Shown in pieces: positions 51,301-64,000 of a stretch of 64,000 nucleotides of DNA. The notes under the pieces were generated by a model that saw only the letters and a list, made by a program, of their open reading frames with translations, did not search any database and had not been told where the DNA came from. This stretch comes from Vicugna vicugna (Eukaryota), in the NCBI GenBank assembly GCA_013265495.1, contig MU058065.1:6510302-6574301 (forward strand). Reading direction: 5' to 3'. The position numbers were made by a program, and so were the translations under genes. Numbering within the stretch: position 1 is the first letter of the stretch; every line of letters begins with the position of its first letter.

Positions 51301-54300
51301 AAGAAATGGAAATTCTTTTTGGTTGGGGGCAAAAGTAAGAAATAGAACAAAAATACAAAGGTTACTATTTATTATGTAAGTTATTTTACTTCATTATAAT
51401 TCATTTTTAATGACAAAATACTTTTCCTTTTGTGTTGATCAGCTAAGTCATAACATTAAAAATGTGGTACTTCGACCCAGTGGAGCAAAACAAAGCCGCC
51501 TAATGTTAACTCTACAAGATAACAGCTTCTTGTCTATTGATAAAGTACCAAGTAAGGATGCAGAGGAAATGAGGTTGTTTCTAGATGCAGTCCATCAAAA
51601 CAGACTTAATGCAGGTGAGCATTAATTGTCCCAGGGTCTGACATTGGCAGTTATGAAAAATATTACTAGATAATAGGTTATTATCCCTGATGAATATTGA
51701 TAAAAAATTTTCAGCAAAATACTAGCAGACCTAATTCAACAGCACATTAAAAAGACTACACCATGACCAAGTGGAATTTACCTCTGGAATGCAAGGATGG
51801 CCAAAGATAATGAAAAATCTATCAATGTGATACATCAAACTAACAGAGTGAAGGACAAAAACCACATAATCATCTTGATGCAGAAAAAACATCTGATAAA
51901 ATTTAACATTCTTTCATGATAGAGACACTCAGCAAAGTAAGAATAAAAGGAAACTACCTCAACATAATAAAGGCCTTATATGAAAAGCTCATAGCACAAT
52001 GATGAAAAACTGAAAGATTTTCCTATAAGATCAGGAACAGGGCAGGGATGCCCTTTCGTCACTTCTATTCAACATAGTATTGGAAGTCCTAGCCAGAGCA
52101 AAGCATCCAAATTGAAAAGGAAGAGGTAATTTTATCTCTGCTCGCAGGTGATATGATCTTATGTGTAGAGTCCCTAAAGATTCCATGAAAAAGTATGTCT
52201 AGAAAAGGAGTAGGATTTAAATTACATTTGGAGAAAGTTGCCTTGTTACGTCAGTCTTACATACTTGCCTTTGTATGAAACTTATTCTGAGGTTTTATTC
52301 TTGCTATGAAGACGGCATGTGCTATAGAATATAGAACAGCACACAGTATGATCAGATTTCCCTGCCCCCTTCAATCCCTTTCATTTAAAATGTTTTGGTT
52401 TTTTTTTTTTAAAATACATTTTAATCTTTACTCTTCATTGAATGTACTTTGGAACTTGGCATGGGGTAAGGGATTTAATATATTTTTTCCTCCAGAAAAA
52501 GGCCAATTGTTGCAGGTACTACTTAATGATAAACTATTTTTGACCTACTGATTTGAAATTCCATATTTATGAAATAATACATTACTGTCTATGCCCGTAT
52601 ATTATCTACTCTTCTGTCCACTAATATACTTACTTATGCCTATGTCATATCCTTTGATTGTATTACTTTTATATTGTTTTGATATTTATTGGTAAATATA
52701 CAATGGTGGCTAATGTTTGTTGAATTTACCACACTAGATGCTTCATAGACATTAAATTTATGCTCATAACTACCCAGTGGCATAGATATGACCATGATTT
52801 TCTCTTTTGTTTGTTTCTTGGAACGCCTTTATTGAGATATGATTTTTACACCATACAATACTCATTTATGAAACTTACTCTGAGGTTTTATTCTTGCTAC
52901 AAACACAGCAGGTGATCACACAGTATGATCAGACAGTATGATCAGATTTTCCTGCCCCCTCCAATCCTTTTTTTTAAAAATTTTTTTTGTTTTTTTTTAA
53001 GAAAAATACATACAGGCATCTTTTTAGGAATAATCTGTTGTTTAAAATGAATTTTCTACTGTTGTCATTAATCGCCAGCTCTGTCATCAATACTTCATCA
53101 TTACTGATATTTTATACTTGACAAAATTGAGTTTTTAACTGAAATATAACACATATTAAAACATTGAGAAAGTAAAGATGTAGCAGTGCTACCTAGCTTG
53201 TATTTAATTAATGTCTCTACTTGACACATTTTTTTTTCTTGTTAAAAAAAATTTCTTTTTAATGGTTGTTTGCCATTTAGTACCTATTCATTGTCTGGTT
53301 TTGTTACCAAATCTGAACTATGTCAGTTTTCTAAATATTGAATTTTAGAATCGAGAAATTGAGTCCTGTTTAAAAGTTTTAGAATATTTCAGGGATTGTG
53401 TCTGTATTTCTATATTTGTTTTATTTTATCATATTAATTGAATCACTGTTTTAAGAATTGATGTATGTAAGAAAAGCATGTCTTTAAATATATTAGAGTG
53501 GAAAGCACAGTAAAATGGGGACCCAAGTTTGAGTCTAGACAATATGGAATAATGGAAAAGCAAGAGCTTTGGATCTAAAAAGTTTTGGATTTGAATCCTA
53601 GCTCTGTTATTTCCTGTGAGGTTTTGGGCAACTCACTTAAAAACTTAGTTTCGGTTTCCTCATCTCTAAAATGAAGGTTTTATCACCCCGTTTTCAGTGC
53701 TTAATAAAGAATTAGAGCTCATAAATGTAAAACATGACTGGCACATGATAGGCACTCAGTAAGTCATTGCTGCTTTTAGAGTAGCTAGCTATGGACTTAA
53801 CTTGCTCTGTATTCTTGGGCAGGTTGTTTTAATCTTTAGATTTAAGTTGCCTTAGCTGTCCGAAAGTAATCATATATACTTTGCAGAGAGAGACTAGAGT
53901 AAGATAATCAATATAAAAATACTTTGGTTAAGTATAAAACATTTAAAGTATCTTGTGTGGTGCTTGAAATCAGTGGGGAAGAGACCAATATTTGATGAAC
54001 AGCCTTATCTGTAACTAGGAAGACTAGCTAATCATTTCAGAAGACAGTAAAACTAGATTCTTATCTTATTCCTTCATCTAAATAGATTTTTACCTTGATC
54101 AAAGTCTTGAATGTAAGAAAATAAAACAATAAAAGTATTATTAAAAGGGTAGAATGGATTTTAACATAATATGAGTGGAAAAGACCTATCTGAGAATGAT
54201 ATAAAAACCAGAATCAGTAAAGGAAAAGACTTAATAACTTGGACTGTGTGAAAAATTTGAATGATCTCTGTGGCAAAAAAGAAAAGACAAAGGAAGAAAA

Positions 54301-57300
54301 TATTAGCCGCAGTGACAGAGTTAACATGGCTAATATACAGATACCGACTTTCCAAAACAGTAAGAAAAAGACAATTCAGTGGAAAAATGGACATACAGTT
54401 AATTCAAAAAGAAAAAACATATTATGGTGGCCCATAAACATGAAAAATTCTCAACTTCACCAATAACTAAACAAATTCAGACTCTTAACTACATTAGCAG
54501 TAGTTTGGAGGGAGGCAGATAAGAGCTTTGACAGAGTTTTTTTTTTTGAGGGATAGTAATATCAATTTAGTTTAAAATTACACATCCTTTACCCCAACGA
54601 TTCTAAGAAGTTTTATCCTACAAAAATCATTTAATTAGTGCAAGAAGATAAGTGAAAAAATGTTCAGTATTGTTTATAATTTTTTAAAATTAAAATATCC
54701 CAAATGATCATCAGTGGGAAATTAACAAAATTAAAATGTAAAGTACCTTTTAAAGTATATGAAAATTCATATTTATACGTTACCATACATGTTCTTTAAA
54801 CTAGCACTGATTTCTTTAGAATAGGAGCCATTCTGTTTGTTGAACTTACAGAAAATGCTTTGGAGTGTACGTTGTTGGAAGTATATGTGTCACTGGTTTT
54901 GACACATGTGGCATCCATTATCAGTGTTCTTGCCATAGATACACAGTGACAACTCTTCTATTGTGTTAGTTACCAAATATTTATATAGGAGAATTTCTAG
55001 CATTTTCTTTTTGCAGTTAAAAATGTGTCATTCTATTACATGTTCTCAAATTTTTGCGTTGTTATTCAATTTTTTGCTTCATTTTAGTTCTAAATTGTAA
55101 TTACTGTATATATATAAATTAATACTTTTAGAAAGAATTGGTTGATAAGCACTTTGTTTTATTTTTCCTGTTTTAATTTCCTCATTATATAATGATGATG
55201 ACGATGTTAACGACAACGACGACGATGACAACAAATCTCTTTATATGAAAAGTGAATGATTTGGGAATTTTCTTTTTTTTCACCAGCCATGAAACCTCAG
55301 GGTTCTGGTAGTTTTGGAGCTATTCTAGGCAGCAGGACCTCACAGAAGGAAACCAATAGGCAGCTTTCTTACTCAGACAATCAGGTATGTTTGTTTGAAT
55401 CTTTTTAGCTTTTTTTTTTTAAGTGATACTCACAGACATTCTGTAAGGTAGTTACAGGAAGCAGAATTTAGACTGTCATGTCTAATAATTCTGGCATTAT
55501 CACAAGGGTATTTTCCGCATACCTGAAATTTACCATAGTAGAGTGTAGTTTTTAAAAATCATAGCTTTGGAATTAGATGTGGGTTTGAGACTTGGTGCTG
55601 CTACTTACTAGCTGTGGGTCATTGGAGAAGTTCCTTAAATATCCTGAGCCTTAGTATCCATCTGTAAAATTGAGACAGCAAGAATATTTTAAGGGTTGCT
55701 GTGAGATTATGCACATAAAATTGCTTAGCCTGTGATACCATTATACTAACGGTCCTGTAAATGTTTGCTGCTGTTATTTCTTTGATGCTCTTTGGGTCTG
55801 TTCTACATTACGAACTTTGCCAGTACACTATATGATACCAGACTGTCTTGTTGGGTCTTCTGTTTGCTTTTTAAATAGTTTTTCTTTCATGAATACTATT
55901 CAACCAGCTGTGAGATTTACTGTGCACTATTGCAACTTAGCAGTCGTATGTCTCTTTTAATTTGTTTTACAAAGGTAAACCAGGTGTAAAGAGAAACTTT
56001 CAAGCTCTCCTGTAAGTAAACTAAAGAGTTTTATTTAGCTATGCAGAGATGGATTGATTTACTTAATCCATTTACTGGACTAAGCAATGAATAAGATTTC
56101 ATTTTTGTTGGTTTCTTTTTATAGATTGGGTTTTTTTTTACACATTTTAATTGAGATACGATTAGTAGGCAGTGAATCGCACATATTTAAATTGTGCAAT
56201 TTGATATGTTTTGACTTATGTACATACCCACAAAATCATCACCATAATCAACTTAGTGATTATGGCATACATAGCAAAAACCCTTACAAGCTTCCTCATC
56301 CCCTTTGTAATCCTTCCCTACAGCTCCCTCTCTGGCCGGTATCCCTGAACCACAATTGAATTGCTGTCACTCTAGAATAGTTCGCATTTTCTGGAGTTTT
56401 ATCAGGGTTTCCAGAGTTTTGTCTGGGTTTTCACTCATTATAGTTACTTTGAGATTCATAGGTACAAATTTAAACTGTTAGACTATTTAAATGTATAAAT
56501 GTTAACGTATCTAGCAAAAGCATATACTTACATTTTCCCAAATAATGATTCCCATTAGTGAGATTGTAAAATCAATTTGTGGGTTGTGACTAGCATTAAA
56601 TAAAAAAGGAATAGATTAGAAAACAATAGAGAAGGTATTATTATACATAGTAAGGGTAAATATTGGTTTCTGAAACTTTGTTTCAGTTTTATTTATGTGA
56701 ATGTGTAATAGATTGTGAAGTAAAATATTTCTCACTATGGGTTTATGGTCAAAAAAGGTTGAAAACAGTATGCATATAGTATGCTACCATTCGTTTAACA
56801 AAAAGAATTAAATTTTGATTTGCATTTGCATAAAAATCAGTATAATACTTATAAGATATAGCAGGATAGGAAGTGGAAGAACTGGATGGGTGGCATTGGG
56901 GTGATAATGAGACTTCTCAGTATATGGCTTTTATAATAGCATTTTGATTTTTGAATCTTGAGAATGAATTCTACATTTGAAAATAAATTTAACTTTTTAA
57001 GTTGTTCATCCAGATGACCTCAGAGATTTTTTTCCTTTCTTGTCCTAAGATTGTAATCTGTAGAAAGTGATTAGAAATATCTTCCATAGGAGATAATAAC
57101 ATAGCTCTTAATCTACAGTTATAAAATTTACCTAGCAGAATGCTACTCAAAAGCACTTTCCCAACTCATGTGTTTACATTGTTGTATTCTCTGAGTGTTT
57201 TTGCTGTGTCTTTAGCGTAGACTCTTTGATTCATCTTCTGCCAGTGCACTCTATCTCACTTTCATTCTTCCTATCATTATATATATTTGTATCACTACTC

Positions 57301-58416
57301 CAAACTAGAACCTCCTCAAAAGTCCTATGATGTACATATGACTTGGCATTTAAATTGTAGCAGCCAAATATCATTGTTGCTCCTTTTTCTCACATCTGTG
57401 TCACTTTAATTTACCATAATCGTAATTGAATTTTTTTTTCTGAAGATCTACTCTCATGTTGGTCAGTTGAATCATAGCTTGTGTATGTGACTTTTTAAAA
57501 TCAGTGATTCAAAGCAAATTCCCTTCTGCTTCTAGGTGTGCTGTGGAATTTGTTAAGTTTACAAGAGTGCTATAGGAAAGTAAGCTTCAAGCTTGATTTC
57601 TGACACTGACCGTACATTAGAATCACATAGGGTGCTTTAAAAAAAGAAATACTGATGAATGGACCTCACTCCAGACCAGTTAGACTAGAATCTCTGGAGA
57701 TAGATCTCCAGTTATGGGTTTTTGTTTGTTTGTTTTAAAGTTCCCCACGTGAGACTCACTGGTCTAAAAGTGTACCAATTAATTTGAAGAATTAGCTGTG
57801 TTAAACTTTATTCTTATAGGTTTCTTCAAAAAGAGGAAGTTTGGAAACTAAAGATGATATTCCATTTCGAAAAGTTCTCAGTAATCCAGGTAGAGGATCG
57901 ATTAAGACTGCAGCAGGAAGTGGAATAACTGCCACCCGGACGATTCCCTCTTTGACATCTACATCAACACCTCTTAGATCAGGGTTATTAGAAAATAGGT
58001 AGGAAAGACTTTTTTTCTTTCTTAGTCATTAGCCCTACCTGTTTATAAATGTCTTTTAGGCCTTTTAGAAAGACCAATAATTTGAGAAAAAGAAAGAGAT
58101 TGTCCAGTTAGAAGAAGAAAGTATAAAGAACATATGGGGAGATAAATAGTATCTGTCTTATGTGGTTTATGTCAGTGACACTTATAGAGCACATAGATAC
58201 AGTGTGTTAATTTAAATGTGGTGACGAGAATTAGAAAGCAGTAGTCATGGCTTTAGTTCTTGAGAGTGTTGGCTTATATTTTTTTAATGGTATGAATTAT
58301 GATTTTTTTAAATAACTTTTTTTTCCTGTTCTCTGTAGGACTGAAAAGAGGAAAAGAATGCTATCATCTGGCTCAGAGTTGAATGAAGATTACCCTAAGG
58401 AGAATGATTCATCATC
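48145..58416 (+). CDS. USP37: Ubiquitin carboxyl-terminal hydrolase 37, 5' part (N-terminal PH-like domain, KEN and D boxes); the gene continues beyond the right edge
   Basis: Exons 48145-48300, 51443-51614, 55287-55384, 57820-57998 and 58339-58416 join in frame: MSPLKIHGPIRIRSMQTGITKWKEGSFEIVEKENKVSLVVHYNTGGIPRIFQLSHNIKNVVLRPSGAKQSRLMLTLQDNSFLSIDKVPSKDAEEMRLFLDAVHQNRL...YPKENDSS. Confidence 0.97.
51443..51614 (+). CDS. USP37: USP37 coding exon 2
   Basis: 172 nt, LSHNIKNVVLRPSGAKQSRLMLTLQDNSFLSIDKVPSKDAEEMRLFLDAVHQNRLNA. Confidence 0.96.
51680..52190 (+). mobile_element. L1 ORF2 (RT region) fragment
   Basis: CACCATGACCAAGTGGAATT...GATGCAGAAAA...AGATCAGGAACA...CTATTCAACATAGTATTGGAAGTCCTAGCCAGAGCAA. 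Confidence 0.85.
55287..55384 (+). CDS. USP37: USP37 coding exon 3
   Basis: 98 nt, MKPQGSGSFGAILGSRTSQKETNRQLSYSDNQ, AG/GT bounded. Confidence 0.94.
57820..57998 (+). CDS. USP37: USP37 coding exon 4
   Basis: 179 nt, VSSKRGSLETKDDIPFRKVLSNPGRGSIKTAAGSGITATRTIPSLTSTSTPLRSGLLEN. Confidence 0.94.
58339..58416 (+). CDS. USP37: USP37 coding exon 5 (contains a KEN motif)
   Basis: 78 nt, TEKRKRMLSSGSELNEDYPKENDSS, donor GTAAGT. Confidence 0.93.
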
Positions 58417-58949
58417 GTAAGTTGCTTTAAGGACTTTTGTAGCACTAGATCAGTGTTTCTTATATTGGTAATTACAACCACTAGGGAAAATTGGGACAGT
58501 GTTCAATTTATGGGAATCCCAAAGATAGAAGAGCCACATTTAAAGTATTTTGGTGACAGTAGATTAACAGAGAGAGGATTTGACCGTTACTATTGCTTTG
58601 GTCATTTATTGCACTTCTCCCATATGAGCTTTTTCTGTCTGCAGTACTTAGAAGAATAGAGCTGAAGAACTCTTAAGTGTTTCTTGTTGGCTGCTCTTTT
58701 AATGTGAACCCCTTCCTACCCTCTTCCCTTTAGCTATAAAATTTTTTTTTTCCTACTTCATGTGAAAAGTTAGCTTAGGGGTAAAAGGATGTGGAAACTC
58801 TGCATAGATTCTAGGCAAGGAGCATCAGTCTTTTAGAGCTATTTTTGGGGTTGAACAAAAGGGGATACCTGCAACAGGACAGTCACCAGCTCATAATCCT
58901 CTTCCTCATCATGAATTTTGTTTGTCTGTCTTCTGGGAGAGGAAGCTTA

Positions 58950-61345
58950 TTCACAGTTGTCAGATAATACCTCAATTAATACCTTAACAGAAATAAGTTA
59001 ATAGTCAACTGATATTCAAGGTCAAAAGGTCACCAGAACGGAGTTGGGAAAAAGCTGAAGAAGCTTTGTATATTAATTGGGCTTTTGGTTCTACTGCTAT
59101 AGCAGATATAGAAATCTGGGTAGGTGATAGAACTGGTGTGTGGTATCTTGATCTACAATCGCCATGGACTCTGATTCCTTCTATCTTGTTGATCTATCAT
59201 TCTTAATAAGTAGCTTCCATTTTGTGAACCAAGATAGCTTCAATTTCCACTCTCATGTCTGTATTCCTCTTGGAGGGAAGGAGGACAGAAGCAAATGGGG
59301 GGCATACTGCTTTCCTATAAGCTGAAAATTATACATACCACTTTTGTGCATAACACACCAGCCAGAACTTAGTTTTATAGTTATATCAAGTTACGAGAAA
59401 GTCTGAAAAATATGCCGAACCCAAACTCTATTATGGCAGAAGAATACAATGGACAACTAACAGTCTGCCTTAGTTTACCCTTCTAGCCCCTGTTTATATC
59501 ATCCTTCTGATACATAGAATAATCTTATCTTCACCCTGATGGAGACAACCTCCAAGTTTCAATTTTGTCATTGTATACAGCTTAGAGTCCAGCATCTCTG
59601 GGTGATGTGCAGTCCTCTCCATAATGTGTGTTTTGGACCATGTATCTCATGGTCTGATACCTAAAAACTAAATGACAAGTTAATCTGCATCCCCTACTCC
59701 CACATATCATTCATTATACATTACTGGAGTGGGCACATGATAACAACCATGATAAAAATTTCCATTTAGAAAAAATGAGAGTAGGAAACTGAGGAGTCAC
59801 TGGTCTATATCAGCAATAAAATACTTCTGGACAGAAATTGTGAAGATAGTGTAGGCAGTGGAGTAAGTTCTTGGTTAGCCCATGTAGCAGTCTTTGTTCT
59901 ATCCTCTGGGAGAAACCCTTGCTCATTGTACTCCGTATGACTGCTGGCTTTGCTCTCTGGTAGATTTCCTTTGTCTGTTATCTTTCAAGGCCATAGCTGA
60001 AGTGAGTTTTGAAGACTATGTTGTTCTTTGGGTTCATGCAGCTTTTTTAGCCTACTTCATGCTGGTGCAGTTTTAGAAGTTTAGAAATGTCTAGAAATCT
60101 AAAAGTGTAGAAGTCTAGAAGTTTCTTTAAAGGAACAAGTAGGCTTTTATAGGCTTGAGAAAGAATTGAGGCCAGTATTTTTGCTGTTATTTTGGTTCTT
60201 TTGTTTTAATAAACTAAAAGTTTTAGAATAATTTTCAATTTACAGAAAAGTTGCAGAGATACTATGGAATGTACCTGTATACCCATTACCCAGTTTTCCC
60301 CAATATTTATGTATGTATGTATGTATGTATGTATGTATTCTTTACAACGTATAGTTGGTTTACAGTGTTGTGTTAATTTCTGGTGTACAACATAGTGATT
60401 CAGTTATACATATATGTATTTCCCTAATATTAATATCAGTTTTTCATGAAACTACTCCAGTTACCTCTTTATCATTGCCTCAGTTTGAGAATCAGAAGCA
60501 TTTGTATTTTTTTGGTCCCAGGTGGTCTCACGTTACCACACAATTTCAGTTCTAGGCCATTGGCACAAAGAGATGTATTCCTTTTCATCCTTGATTGCAA
60601 GCTGGCTAGTTCTCGGCCAGATTTATCTGTCTTGAATAGGACCTTGCTGAAAGCAGTAAGAAGCACTCACACAGACCAGTGTTAATTGTCTTAATCATTT
60701 CATTTGAGGCCTGCTTCCCAAAACATTACAGATAACAGTTCTGTAAATACTTTGCTGAGATATAACAATAGTCACTAGCTTTCCTAACTGTAATATCTGT
60801 GTTCTTACTCTCTGCCTTCCTTCTGAGCTAGTTCTACATTTTCTAGGTTTGTTATTGGTAGCACCCCACTTTTGGTAACAAAATTTGTATATTCGGGGCC
60901 AAGTTGTAGGGATCAGAATTCACTCTAGCTGCTTGTGTACAGAGTATTAAGTGGCTTCCAGAATCGTTAAGAAAGCTGGAAGGGTAGGCTCTAGGTTAAG
61001 CTTTCAGGAATGATTTTGAGAGCCATGCCTCAGATCAGGTCATGAAAGATGCTCCTGGCTATCCTGAAGCTAATAGCTGAATTGGAACCTGCCATGAAAG
61101 CTGTTATCTCTGGAATCATGCTGCCACTGCCAAATGTGGAAATCTCTACTGAAAAACCAGACAACCTCAAGATGATGTTTGCCGTCAGAAGTAGCAAAAC
61201 ACATGACCTCTGCCTTATTTCCACTTTCTAGATCTTGCACGAGTACATGTAATTGCCTTATCTTAAGTTGTGTCTCAAACACAAACTTGGAAATGTAGTC
61301 TTTTAGCTTTCTGGCTTCTGTAGAACAGAGAGTTAACACTAAAAG
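58950..61345 (-). mobile_element. Old MaLR element (MLT1-type LTR, internal region, second LTR-like segment), interrupted
   Basis: MLT1-like LTR motifs at about 59.0-59.46 kb (GCCAGAACTTAGT) and 60.9-61.35 kb (GGAAATGTAGTCTTTTAGCTTT) flank MLT-int-like sequence. Boundaries are approximate. Confidence 0.5.
60308..60337 (+). repeat. (TATG)n microsatellite
   Basis: Read directly from the sequence. Confidence 0.9.
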
Positions 61346-61504
61346 GTGGTTAATCAACTTTGCATGCCTACCATATTCTACCATATTCACCACACTTTGG
61401 AGAAGTGTCTGTTGTTCCATTTTGAATTATGTCTGATGAGCCCTGAATTTTTCATCCTTGTTCTGGGCTGAGAATACTTTTTATACCATCACAGTTAAAT
61501 TTTT

Positions 61505-63850
61505 TGAAGTTTGGGCTTCCTAGAAGCAGGTTTTAGATAAACGTACTTTTGCAAGTGACTTATTAAGGAAGTTTTCATAGGAGAGACCAGTGACAGAGTG
61601 GGGAAAGAAGGACTGGGAAGGAGGAGGAAGCCAACCAAGGGTGTGATCTTAGATAAACGTCTCACAGAGAGTAGGCCTCATCTTGATCTAGCAGGAGAAC
61701 TCTGGGCTTGTCCCAACTTGAGGTAAGGAAGATGGGCTTTCATATTCTCATACTACACTGTTTTTGGTCAACAGCTGCCTTGGGGCTTCTGGCTCTGCCC
61801 ATAACATTTAAAGTAGTGCATAACATTTAAAGTAGCCCAAAGGCAGTCCTCTGAAGAACTGCAGGTGCCAGCTGTTGAAAACACAGTCTAGATGTGTGAG
61901 AAGTATAAAAGGATCTGAGGGGGCTCTGAATGAGTATCACTATTGGATTCATTCAGTCTTATTACAGATTCTTCACATTGATGCTTCTCAACTTCTGGTT
62001 GAGAATCTTAAAAAAGGAGGGTTAGTGGGATGAGATACAGTCCTTATTGTCCTTATTGCTACAAATAGCCTTAGGCTATAACTGATATTATTTTCTCCTT
62101 CTTCTACCATCCATTCCAAATTTGCTCCATTTTCCACTAACATTTCTACTGATCATGATGGTTTGCCTGGTGGTATGACTGAGATCTTCTCTAAGGAGTC
62201 TGAGTCCCTGGTCACTGTGTACTTATCAGTGTGGTTGCTGTTAACTGTCCATTCATAGTTAAAAGTAGGCATATTCCGAACGTATTCTTCCTGCCCTCGT
62301 TATACAGCAGCAACCCTTAATCCCCCTTATAATAAAGTCAGTTAACTCCTGACAGTGTGGTCTTTCCCTATTGATCTGCCACCATGCGGAGCCCAAAATG
62401 AGTAGGTAACAGCCATAGCTTTGGATTAAATGGGATTCTTACTGTCCCCCCTGGTGAAAAGCTCCTCCTTTGGAAAATAGGATCTCTAGACCCACTAAAT
62501 CTAAATTGAGGGGTCGGGAAGCACACATTCTCCAGGTGGGTTGTTGAGAGTAATAATGAGTGGGGGGCATTCCTACTTCTATTTCTTGATTTCCAGACTC
62601 ATGTATTCTCTATAAATGTTGGTTTATGCTGTACATTGTGTATTGAAGGGCACCCAGTCCCTAATGAGATCACCTCTGAGCTGCACCTTTAAAGGCAATT
62701 GGAACACTTTATCAGGCCATCAGCTTTGAAGTAATACTGTATATAGTAGGACCAATGGATCCTTTGATCTTATGCCCTTAATGTACCTCCTTTGCTGTAA
62801 AGTGGGTTTCTTGTTCCATGATGATGTTATGTAAGATTTCATGTTAGTAAATCATATACTCATATGAGCCCTCAGATAGCAATGCAGCCAAGGCACTGTG
62901 GACAGGAAAGGCGAAAACAAACTGAAAATATATGCCAATTTCAGTCAGAATTAATTGCTGCCCTTTCCAGGATGGAAGGGCTCTGATGCAATCAACTTAT
63001 CACCAAATGACTGGTTGGTTTCCCTAAGGGATAGTACTCTTATCAGGGGCTGGGCATTAGTCTCTGCTGCTGACCAGTTGGACATTAAGCAGCATAGTGG
63101 CTAAACCAGCTTTGTTGAAAGGGAGCCCCTGTTGTAGGGTGCATTCATAGCTTTTATCTCTGCCACCGAGGATGTTATTCATGGACCCTTTGTTGAAGTA
63201 TTTGGATAGCTGAATACAGAGATAGGCTGGCATCTACTGGTTAAGTTACCCTGTGTGATTGTTTAATGTCTCTTTGGTGGAGTTCTCTGGTGAGCATTAA
63301 CATGTGAAACATCTTCACGCTTTATCTGTACTTCTATATGACTGCTCATAAACATCTTCCATAAATCATTTCTCCCTGATCTTCCAGGCTTACTCTTTCC
63401 AGACTCCTGACCATCCATCCAAACCATTTGCCACCATCTATTGATGGTGTCCATTGATCTGCTTTTCTCTCCACACAAAGTGGATAATGAGGTGCACTTC
63501 TCAAACTATGCACAGTGGAGGATTTCATCTCACTACTATCTTTCAGGGCAGTCCGTTAGTGGGGCTACAGTGCAGCAACAGTACATTTTCAGCTTGTACC
63601 AATGTACCAAGATGATCCATCCATGAATCAGGTCCAGGTTTTTTCCTCTTCTTTCAGCTGGTCACAGGGAATACTCTTAAGGTCTGCTCTTATTATTTGT
63701 TGCTTTTTATTTGGCTATACCACTTCTATTTTATGATGGATTACTGCTGTAACTTCCTGATCTTACAACTTCATGGGTATGATAGCTCCTAGCTCATGAT
63801 GGCTTGCTCTGGTTGTGTAGTTCCCTTGATGACTCATAGTCTTTATTATT
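61505..63850 (-). mobile_element. ERVL-class endogenous retrovirus remnant (LTR plus decayed pol RNase H/integrase)
   Basis: Minus-strand translation GRNDLWK...VSHVNAHQR resembles the end of ERVL RNase H; ERVL-type LTR-like sequence at about 61505-61940. Confidence 0.7.
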
Positions 63851-64000
63851 ATTATTTAACCCATATCACTGTATCAGTTATCTATTGCTATATAACAATA
63901 TACTTAAACTAATAACCATTATTACTTATGAGTCAGTGGTCACTTGAGTGGTTCTGCTTATCTGGGCTAGGCTTGGCCAGTTGTGGCTGGATTCTTTGAT

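Overview
Mammalian genomic window, probably camelid (inferred from the SINE family), syntenic with the human 2q35 PLCD4-CNOT9-USP37 locus. It holds the 5' part of PLCD4 (minus strand, 5 coding exons, continuing off the left edge), the complete CNOT9/RQCD1 gene (minus strand, 8 coding exons, 900 nt, 299 aa) and the 5' part of USP37 (plus strand, 5 coding exons, continuing off the right edge). CNOT9 and USP37 share a bidirectional CpG-island promoter. The rest is mostly L1, L2, MIR, SINE, MaLR/ERVL and MER repeats. The main unexplained signal is at about 5.27-9.26 kb on the minus strand, between the likely PLCD4 promoter and its first coding exon: ten exon-like blocks with canonical AG/GT splice sites and mostly compatible phases. 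Their translation is broken by stops and frameshifts but matches OCRL/INPP5B motifs in the right order (degenerate 5-phosphatase, ASH, RhoGAP-like, plus a PH-like block), suggesting a fossil, intron-containing OCRL/INPP5B-like gene. Also noted: a U12-like PLCD4 intron with non-canonical ends, an exact fold-back L1 palindrome near CNOT9 exon 2, a young L1 with TSDs, and uORFs in CNOT9 and USP37. All comparisons to human proteins are from memory; no search was run.
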